From contig CALVJB010000002.1 in the NCBI GenBank assembly GCA_944332025.1, forward strand, positions 26,566 to 90,565: 64,000 nucleotides of DNA, in the 5' to 3' direction. The stretch comes from an uncultured Bacilli bacterium. Its GTDB lineage: Bacteria > Bacillota_I > Bacilli_A > RF39 > UBA660. Positions 57,303-64,000 of the stretch are shown piece by piece. The translations under genes were made by a program, and so were the position numbers. Within the stretch, counting starts at the first letter, position 1; the number at the start of each line of letters is the position of its first letter. A model generated the notes under the pieces. It made no database searches, was not told where the DNA came from, and worked only from the letters and a program-made list of their open reading frames with translations.

Positions 57303-57461
57303 TTATTTTAAAGATAAAGCAACTGTAGTGTTGATTATTTCCTCTTCACTACTCTCTAACTCGTTAACTCGATCACACATAAATAAAGTAAGAACAACAG
57401 CCATCATATAGATTAGGCTAACTCCAATAGCAGTTTTTAAAATATTTTTTAAATTTAACAT
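57303..57461 (-). CDS. 52-aa membrane peptide divergent from lexA (candidate SOS cell-division inhibitor)
   Basis: Not in the ORF track. AGGAGTG-7-ATG; N-terminal TM helix (TAIGVSLIYMMAVVLTLFM) and an acidic C-terminus. LexA boxes lie in its upstream region. Confidence 0.4.
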   Translation of the reverse strand: MLNLKNILKTAIGVSLIYMMAVVLTLFMCDRVNELESSEEEIINTTVALSLK

Positions 57462-57496
57462 ATCTATCACTCCTTCTTTCTGATATCATTTTATAT

Positions 57497-57510
57497 CGAA
57501 CACTTGTTTA
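57497..57510. promoter_or_regulatory. putative LexA (Cheo-type) box CGAACACTTGTTTA
   Basis: GAAC-N4-GTTt match to the Firmicute SOS box. A second, weaker box CGAAGATTTGTTTG at 57526-57539 overlaps a TTGACA -35 for lexA. Confidence 0.5.
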
Positions 57511-57593
57511 TGTCAATATATTTTCGAAGATTTGTTTGACATTTTACAGTCTATATGCTAAACTAGATACAAATAAAGGAGGAAGTGTGTCAA

Positions 57594-58211
57594 ATGGAAA
57601 AACTAACTGATAGACAGTATGATATATTACAGATTATTAAGAAATTAATTGCAAAAAATGGTTATCCACCTACTGTAAGAGAAATAGGAGATGAAGCGAA
57701 ATTATCTAGTCCTGCTACTATTCATTTTCATATTAAACAACTAGTTAAAAAAGGATATATTAAGAAAGGTAGCGGTACTAATAGAACAATTGAAGTATTA
57801 GTTGATAATGAATACTTAGATAATGATGATGAGGTTGTTAAAGTACCTCTACTTGGTAAAGTTACTGCAGGTACACCAATTGAGGCGATAGAACGACCTG
57901 ATGAGACTTTCGCTTTACCTACTGAATTATTTGGTAATCAAAAAGAAATATTTACTTTAAAAGTAAGTGGTGAATCTATGATTAATGTAGGTATATATGA
58001 TGGTGATATCTTAATAGTTGAAAGATGTAATACTGCTAGAAATGGTGAAACCGTAGTTGCTATGAATAATAATAATGAAGCGACAGTTAAAACATTTTAC
58101 AAAGAAAAAGGACATTTTAGATTACAACCAGAAAATGATACAATGGATCCTATAATATTAGATGAAGTTACAATACTTGGTAAAGTTGTAGGACTATATA
58201 GGAAATTTTAA
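57594..58211 (+). CDS. lexA: LexA repressor
   Basis: N-terminal winged HTH and a C-terminal S24 domain (VSGESM ... GDILIV, Lys in VVAMNNNNEATVKTF). ATG at 57594 after GGAGG; ORF track starts at GTG 57585. Confidence 0.9.
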   Translation: MEKLTDRQYDILQIIKKLIAKNGYPPTVREIGDEAKLSSPATIHFHIKQLVKKGYIKKGSGTNRTIEVLVDNEYLDNDDEVVKVPLLGKVTAGTPIEAIERPDETFALPTELFGNQKEIFTLKVSGESMINVGIYDGDILIVERCNTARNGETVVAMNNNNEATVKTFYKEKGHFRLQPENDTMDPIILDEVTILGKVVGLYRKF

Positions 58212-58218
58212 AACGAGG

Positions 58219-58905
58219 CTAACATTTAGTCTCGTTTATTTTTCTAACTATATAACTTGCTATTAAAAGTCCTGCACTGCTAGGTACAAAAGCATTCGAC
58301 CCAATAACAGTTTTATCTTTAACTTTTAAAGGTAATTCAGTTGATGTGCAAACGGTTATTTTTTTCTGTACACTCTTATCAAACTTAGAACGAATGCTTC
58401 TTGCAAGTGGATCATTGAAAGTTTTATCTAAAGTTGTAATAGTTAGTTTACTTGGATCTAATCTATTACCAGTACCCATAGAACTAATAAAGTCTATGTT
58501 ATGTTCTAGGCAATAATTAATTATAGAAACCTTTGCTCTTACATCATCAACTGCATCTACAACAAAATCTATTTTAGTGTTAAAAATATCTTTAATATTT
58601 TCATTATCTATTTTTAAGTTATAGGAAATAACATTACATTCTTCATTAATACTTTCTATTCTTTCTTTAAAACAATCTACTTTATACTTATCAATATTTT
58701 CATTAACAGCGATTATTTGTCTATTGAAGTTAGTAATATCAACTTTATCATAATCTACTAGTATCAAATTACCAATGCCGCTTCTAGCAAGTGCTTCAAC
58801 AACATATCCCCCTACTCCTCCAAGGCCAACAATTAGAACAGTAAAGCTTTTTAACTTTTCTAAAGAAAAAGAACCTATTAAGTTCTCTAATCTATTAAAC
58901 TTCAT
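58219..58905 (-). CDS. tcdA: tRNA threonylcarbamoyladenosine dehydratase (ThiF/MoeB-like E1)
   Basis: VLIVGLGGVGGYVVEALARSGIGNLILVDYD Rossmann motif of TcdA/CsdL; 228 aa. Confidence 0.75.
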   Translation of the reverse strand: MKFNRLENLIGSFSLEKLKSFTVLIVGLGGVGGYVVEALARSGIGNLILVDYDKVDITNFNRQIIAVNENIDKYKVDCFKERIESINEECNVISYNLKIDNENIKDIFNTKIDFVVDAVDDVRAKVSIINYCLEHNIDFISSMGTGNRLDPSKLTITTLDKTFNDPLARSIRSKFDKSVQKKITVCTSTELPLKVKDKTVIGSNAFVPSSAGLLIASYIVRKINETKC

Positions 58906-58907
58906 AA

Positions 58908-59744
58908 TTAAGCAGCCCTATTATTAGAATTTAATTTTTTGATAAGTATTTTTTGTTGTTCTTCTGAAAGTACTGGCCATTCTAAATTTCTTCCATTTAC
59001 TATGGTATTTAAAGCAGCTAGATACATATAACTATCATAATTATTTATAGCAGTATTTTTATAATTTGTTAAAAAGTTATTTATCTTGTTAGAATCGTTA
59101 AAGAAAGCATTAACTGTATCTAATTCCTCAGTTAATAAAACATCACTATTTTTACTATTCTCATAATCTAAAGTATTAAGAAAATCTAATATTTCTAGTT
59201 GTTTTTCACATCCAGCATTCATTAAACTATTTCTAATATATAGTTGATTAGGATTATTATTTTTAATACTTGCAATTTTATTATAAAACTCTCCATTAAA
59301 TAACTCATCAAAGCCAATACTGGCAAGTGATATATTTGTTTTCTTTATTTTATCTGGACTACTAAGTCTAATATTATTAACAAGTGTACCATAAATATAA
59401 TCATTGACTTCATTAGGTTTATAACTAGGAGCAGGAACTATATAAGTATCATAAAAATCTCTATCTTTATATCTTTTAGTATTTACTTCGATATAATTAG
59501 CATTCTCACTTCCATAATTAACATTTCTTCTAATAAAGTCTGTAATAGCTTTAGGATTTGTAATAGGCTTTTTAGTATCTTCATAAGCTTTAAGATGAGT
59601 TTTGCCAATAATTATATCACTTTCTTTTACATCTTTTGCTCCTGAATCTAACCTATCTTTTTTTACCTCTAAATCTTTAAAGTTAATAGTTACTTTTAGT
59701 ATTACATCATTTATCATTAATGGTAAACTTATCATATAAATCAC
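58908..59744 (-). CDS. hypothetical protein (about 275 aa)
   Basis: ORF; start ambiguous (GTG 59744 or ATG 59735). No family recognised. Confidence 0.45.
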   Translation of the reverse strand: MIYMISLPLMINDVILKVTINFKDLEVKKDRLDSGAKDVKESDIIIGKTHLKAYEDTKKPITNPKAITDFIRRNVNYGSENANYIEVNTKRYKDRDFYDTYIVPAPSYKPNEVNDYIYGTLVNNIRLSSPDKIKKTNISLASIGFDELFNGEFYNKIASIKNNNPNQLYIRNSLMNAGCEKQLEILDFLNTLDYENSKNSDVLLTEELDTVNAFFNDSNKINNFLTNYKNTAINNYDSYMYLAALNTIVNGRNLEWPVLSEEQQKILIKKLNSNNRAA

Positions 59745-59796
59745 TGCCTTTCCATAGGAAGAGTATTATACCACATATTTTTATTCTTGACAAGTA

Positions 59797-59825
59797 TTGC
59801 ATGTTTAAAAAAAGTGTGCTAAAAT
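59797..59825 (+). promoter_or_regulatory. sigma-A-type promoter TTGCAT-17-TGcTAAAAT
   Basis: Extended -10 ending about 19 nt upstream of the tRNA 5-prime end. Confidence 0.45.
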
Positions 59826-59843
59826 TTATTAGTAACTTGTTAT

Positions 59844-59920
59844 GGCCTGTTGGTGAAGTGGTTTAACACGCGCGCCTCTCAAGCTCGTATTCACGGGTTC
59901 GAACCCCGTACAGGCTACCA
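59844..59920 (+). tRNA. tRNA-Glu (anticodon CTC) with encoded CCA
   Basis: Cloverleaf folded by hand: acceptor GGCCTGT/ACAGGCT, T-arm ACGGG-TTCGAAC-CCCGT, anticodon loop CTCTCAA. One C-U mismatch in the anticodon stem. Overall close to Bacillus tRNA-Glu. Confidence 0.6.
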
Positions 59921-59932
59921 ATAAAGTATTTA

Positions 59933-59966
59933 ACACCTACTATTTTGCAGGTGTTTTTATTTTTTT
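59933..59966 (+). terminator. rho-independent terminator
   Basis: ACACCT/AGGTGT stem, then TTTTTATTTTTTT. Confidence 0.65.
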
Positions 59967-60398
59967 CTTAACTTGTTCTTTAGGCTCTAATTTATTAAGT
60001 TCTTCTTGATAGAATTCTATTTCTTCTCTACAACGTCTATACATTTCTCCGAAGTTTTCTCCTTCTTTAGGATGTAAACTTGCTAATAGACTTGAATTTA
60101 CTCTATCTCTTTCTTTAATTGCTTCTTCATAGTCATACGTTACATAGTCTGTAGTAAAACCATTAATGCATTCCCAAGAGTCAAGTTTGTTTATTTCTGG
60201 AATTTGTTCTTCTCTACTATTATAACCTCTTCTAGGATAAACAATTTCATAACCTTTTTCATTTCTACTATCTGCCATATGAATTAATAATTCTTTAACT
60301 ATGTAACACGGAGATACAATATAAAAACCTTCATCACTCTTTTGTTTAGGTACTTTCATAAGGGCATATGCTCTAGGATATTTTAATTCATCTATCAT
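59940..60398 (-). CDS. hypothetical protein (152 aa)
   Basis: ORF downstream of the pepC-like gene. No family recognised. Confidence 0.45.
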   Translation of the reverse strand: MIDELKYPRAYALMKVPKQKSDEGFYIVSPCYIVKELLIHMADSRNEKGYEIVYPRRGYNSREEQIPEINKLDSWECINGFTTDYVTYDYEEAIKERDRVNSSLLASLHPKEGENFGEMYRRCREEIEFYQEELNKLEPKEQVKKKIKTPAK

Positions 60399-60449
60399 AT
60401 TAATTCCTTCTTTCTTATTTACTACTGTAACACAAATAAATTAATTAAT

Positions 60450-61757
60450 CTATGCTAATGTTCCTAAAGGATCCCATGGTTTTAACTCTACTGGTTCATA
60501 TGACATTTCATCTAATTGCTCTTGAGTTAAATATTTCTTATTAATAACAACTTGATATACATACTTTTCAAACCAAGAATCACTTGCGACAAAATATCCT
60601 TTATTACCTACATCTTCACCCCAACTATTCTCAAGTTTCCATTTAGTTGCTTTATTATCCTCTAAATTAACTCCAGTAACTATCATAGCATGATTCATTG
60701 AGCTTTCATAATTATCAAGAGCTTCTTCTTTAGTCATAAAGAAATCAGTTTTAAAGGTATCATAATAATTAAAACTCATATCATCAAATATTCCATCTCT
60801 TTTATCTATTGTTTTTTTGAAGTCACAACCTAACCAAACTACTTCTTTGGCTTGTAATTGCTTAATTACAAGTTTTTTTACCTCTTCAATAGGAAGATTA
60901 AGAAATATAGGTGTTTTTCCTTCGATAACATTATTTAAATATTTAACTACATAAGTTCTATTAAAAGTTTTATCCTTAGTTGGTACATTAGTAATACATA
61001 CATAGTTATTTATGTTTATATCAGTATATTCATGATAAAATTCTAAAGGAGTAATTCCCTTAATAATATGATATTTTTTATCTTTATCTGTATATTCAAA
61101 ATCAAACTGTTTTGGTGGAACACCGTAACAACAAGCTAGTATTCTATAAATATCATCTAAATATAAACTTTTTAAATAATCTAAATTCTCATTACTAGTA
61201 AGTAATCTAGCATTAAACTGCCTTAATTTTCTATCAAGTAGATGATTCATTTCATCAGGATTAAGGCTTTGATACGTATCACTCATCGCTGTTTTAGGAA
61301 CAAAACCATATTTGTTAATAATATTAGAAAAGAAATCCCATACACCACCATCTTGAACTCCTTTTGTCAGTAAAAAATGTCTTTCTCTATCATCTATATC
61401 TCTATCCTTAAGTTGGGCTAAACTTTCCATAATATAATTACATTTTTCTAATTTGTCATAAAAAGATATATAACTTTGAGAAATCTCAAAATTTTCTAAA
61501 TCATATTTTTTACATATAGACTCTCTTAATACATTACATCCTGCATATATAAAAGAATTATTTGCATTCTTTTGATTTACAGCCTTTAAAGTATCTAAAT
61601 TAATAGAAAAATTAAATAATAATTCTCCTTCTTTTTCTTTATTTCTCATAATATCTCTTATACTATTATTTACTAGAGCACATCTTACTGTTTTATTTTC
61701 TATACCATGTATATAGTTATTACTTATTTCTTCAAGTATTTCTCTTTTTATTTCCAT
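60450..61757 (-). CDS. aminopeptidase C (C1B/bleomycin hydrolase)-like protein
   Basis: NQKN, NHAMIVTGV and ENSWGEDVGNKGYF..SD.WF..YVYQVV motifs match C1B. The Cys position in the expected QKNSGRCW motif appears to read NQKNANNSF (possible Ser). Confidence 0.7.
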   Translation of the reverse strand: MEIKREILEEISNNYIHGIENKTVRCALVNNSIRDIMRNKEKEGELLFNFSINLDTLKAVNQKNANNSFIYAGCNVLRESICKKYDLENFEISQSYISFYDKLEKCNYIMESLAQLKDRDIDDRERHFLLTKGVQDGGVWDFFSNIINKYGFVPKTAMSDTYQSLNPDEMNHLLDRKLRQFNARLLTSNENLDYLKSLYLDDIYRILACCYGVPPKQFDFEYTDKDKKYHIIKGITPLEFYHEYTDININNYVCITNVPTKDKTFNRTYVVKYLNNVIEGKTPIFLNLPIEEVKKLVIKQLQAKEVVWLGCDFKKTIDKRDGIFDDMSFNYYDTFKTDFFMTKEEALDNYESSMNHAMIVTGVNLEDNKATKWKLENSWGEDVGNKGYFVASDSWFEKYVYQVVINKKYLTQEQLDEMSYEPVELKPWDPLGTLA

Positions 61758-61851
61758 ATTATCACCATCCTTTAATAGTATATCTATTATAATGGTTTTA
61801 ATACACTTTTAACATGACAAATTTAATGATAAAATATTTATAGGTGATTAT

Positions 61852-62688
61852 ATGAAGATGGTCAATTTAGATAAAATAATTAACAAAGATAATTTAATTC
61901 CTAATTTTAAAGGAAGCCATACTATATACAATTTTAAAATGGATAATGATACTTATTACTTTAAAGAAGTACCTAATAGAGAACTAGTAATGGAAATGAT
62001 TTCTAAATCTATTGCCTTCCTTTTAGGAATACCTTATCTTAAAGAATCTATTGCTATTTTAAACGATAAATATGGACTACTTAGCAAAAGTTATTTAAAA
62101 GATGATAATAAAAGTTATGATTTGCATAACTTAATGCAAAACTACTTTTACGAAAACAATGATGATGAGCTATTAGACTATAGAAAGCTAGCTAGTTTAA
62201 ATAATTTAGAAGATATTTGGTTTGCTCTAGAAGATAGATATGAAGATAAAAATATTGTTAAAAATCTTATGGATGGCATTACTAATATATTTATGTTTGA
62301 TCTATTAGTAGGAGAATCTGATAGAACTTTAAGAAATATAGAAATAATAGAAAGTTATAATACCGTAACACTCGCTCCTTTATATGATACATCAAGCATA
62401 CTAGCTGATAAAAGTACAGCTTTAGGCGTAGATGAAGATGATTATTTAAAAAGTGATTTAGATAAATTAGATAAATTTATAGAAAACTCTGATACTGCTT
62501 ATAAAGAGAAATTCTATAGTTATCTTAATACACTAGACTCTATAGGTATAGAAAAGATAATAGAAGAAACTGAAAGAGAAAATGATTTTATAATAGACAA
62601 TAACTTAAAGAATGAAATAATTACTAAATTTAATAGTCGGATAAATATGTTTAAAGAACATGAAAAAAGAGTTAGTATTTCTAAATAA
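61852..62688 (+). CDS. short HipA-C-like kinase homolog (variant catalytic loop)
   Basis: LLVGESDRTLRNIEII and LAPLYDTSS parallel the HipA catalytic loop and DFG-like region. AGGTGA RBS; 278 aa. Confidence 0.5.
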   Translation: MKMVNLDKIINKDNLIPNFKGSHTIYNFKMDNDTYYFKEVPNRELVMEMISKSIAFLLGIPYLKESIAILNDKYGLLSKSYLKDDNKSYDLHNLMQNYFYENNDDELLDYRKLASLNNLEDIWFALEDRYEDKNIVKNLMDGITNIFMFDLLVGESDRTLRNIEIIESYNTVTLAPLYDTSSILADKSTALGVDEDDYLKSDLDKLDKFIENSDTAYKEKFYSYLNTLDSIGIEKIIEETERENDFIIDNNLKNEIITKFNSRINMFKEHEKRVSISK

Positions 62689-62697
62689 ACTAACTCT

Positions 62698-64000
62698 TTA
62701 ATTTTTATAAAACTCTACTCTATTTTTAAATTCATCTATTCCGATAATTTTTAATAATTGATATAAATTAGGAGTCTTAACTCTACCTGTAAGTAGATGT
62801 CTAATCATCTCACAAACATCTCCTATATGTCCTTTATATAAAGTTGGATCTTCTTTATACATTTTAACACTAGGAGCATATCCCATTTCTTCTGCAAGTA
62901 CTTTAATTTGATTGTACCATTCGTCTTCACTATTAAAGTCCCTGTATATCTCTATATATTTATTAATAACATCATAATCGATTTTCTCATCTATATCTTT
63001 ATAAGTTTCATTTCTATCTTTATAGAATAAATCGTTAAATATATAAGCACTTTCAGTTTTGATATCTTTATATGTTGCAATATCCTTACGAGGTCTTTTA
63101 CTATCACGTTCTATATTTAAGAATGAAATTAACTTATCTTTATCTTGTACCATTAAATCATAGAACACTTCATCGTACTTTTTATAATAGTTTAAAGCAT
63201 CGTTATAAATAGTTTCGGCATTAATTCTTGAAAAATAAGTTCTACAGATATTATTTAACTTCTCCATATCAAATAAAGTTCCACCTGTAGGCATCTTCTT
63301 AAATGAGAACTTAAAATCCTCAATAGATTTATCTTTATTTTGTAGATACCACTCTTCAAAGTTAGTATTTGCTAGTGTTGCAAGATAAAGTCTAACACCT
63401 TCTTTAGGTATACCTGCTTCTTCATAGTAACTAACAGCAAATTCTGGATCTTTTCTCTTACTAAACTTACGGATTTTACCATCTTCTTTTTTAGTAAGAG
63501 GTGCAATATGGGCATACTTACATGGTTTAAAACCTAAAACTTGATTAAGTTGTAAATGTTTAGGGAAACTAGGTACCCACTCATCTCCTCTTAATACATG
63601 AGTTGTATGCATTAAATGATCATCTATAACATGAGCGAAATGATAAGTTGGAATACCATCTTTTTTAAGTATTACTTCATCGATATCATTTTCTGGCAGA
63701 CTAATATCTCCTTTAATTAAGTCATGTAAGATTATCTCATTATGAGAATCCCCTGGTGATTTTAGACGAATAACATAACTATCACCATTATCTAAATGAG
63801 TTTTAACTTCATCAAATGATAAATCTCTATCAACAGCATAACTTCCATAAATACCAATTTTTTCTTTTCTTAACTCTTGACCACTTCTTATATCAGCGAT
63901 TTCTTCTTCACTCATAAAACAAGGATAAGCTTTACCTTCACTTACTAACTTCTTAGCATAAGCTTGATATATTTCTACTCTTTCACTTTGTAAATAAGGC
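62698..64000 (-). CDS. gltX: glutamyl-tRNA synthetase (5-prime partial; runs past the window end)
   Basis: KFSKRKD (KMSKS-like), HVIDDHLMHTTHVLRGDEW motifs. The reading frame stays open to position 64000. Confidence 0.85.
   Translation of the reverse strand, partial: PYLQSERVEIYQAYAKKLVSEGKAYPCFMSEEEIADIRSGQELRKEKIGIYGSYAVDRDLSFDEVKTHLDNGDSYVIRLKSPGDSHNEIILHDLIKGDISLPENDIDEVILKKDGIPTYHFAHVIDDHLMHTTHVLRGDEWVPSFPKHLQLNQVLGFKPCKYAHIAPLTKKEDGKIRKFSKRKDPEFAVSYYEEAGIPKEGVRLYLATLANTNFEEWYLQNKDKSIEDFKFSFKKMPTGGTLFDMEKLNNICRTYFSRINAETIYNDALNYYKKYDEVFYDLMVQDKDKLISFLNIERDSKRPRKDIATYKDIKTESAYIFNDLFYKDRNETYKDIDEKIDYDVINKYIEIYRDFNSEDEWYNQIKVLAEEMGYAPSVKMYKEDPTLYKGHIGDVCEMIRHLLTGRVKTPNLYQLLKIIGIDEFKNRVEFYKN

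Overview
This 64 kb window is very AT-rich (roughly 27-29% GC by eye) and looks like a low-GC Firmicute chromosome. SpoIVB-like, SpoIIM-like and DUF1540-like genes suggest an endospore former. All family assignments below come from motif recognition in the ORF translations; no database search was run.

Most of the window is housekeeping:
- Aminoacyl-tRNA synthetases: asnS, alaS, and gltX (5-prime end of gltX lies beyond the window).
- DNA repair and replication: mutS, polA, mutM, lexA, xseAB, rarA, xerD, rnhC, holA.
- Other core genes: nusB, trxA, mnmA, tmcAL, gmk, pyk, deoB, tcdA, asnB, and one tRNA-Glu.

Between these sit lineage-specific or unusual elements:
1. A four-gene operon with a near-consensus promoter (19330-23505). 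It ends in a small ORF that overlaps a short HipA-C-like kinase, which resembles a HipS/HipT arrangement. A second short HipA-like kinase stands alone at 61852.
2. An XRE-HTH/ImmA-IrrE metallopeptidase translationally coupled to a PIN-like protein (4233-5760).
3. A 1423-aa protein with a C-terminal Pol-beta-type nucleotidyltransferase motif, co-oriented with xerD and deoB.
4. Tandem paralogous unknown genes between rarA and mutS.
5. A 21-bp perfect inverted repeat flanking a 262-bp non-coding segment and overlapping a gene 3-prime end.
6. A GC-rich codon patch inside an AT-rich surface-protein-like ORF.
7. An SOS locus with LexA boxes, a divergent 52-aa membrane peptide and polA immediately downstream.
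8. Several unannotated small peptides, and a pepC-like peptidase that may carry Ser at the catalytic Cys position.

I saw no CRISPR array, rRNA or clear transposase/integrase-borne mobile element.
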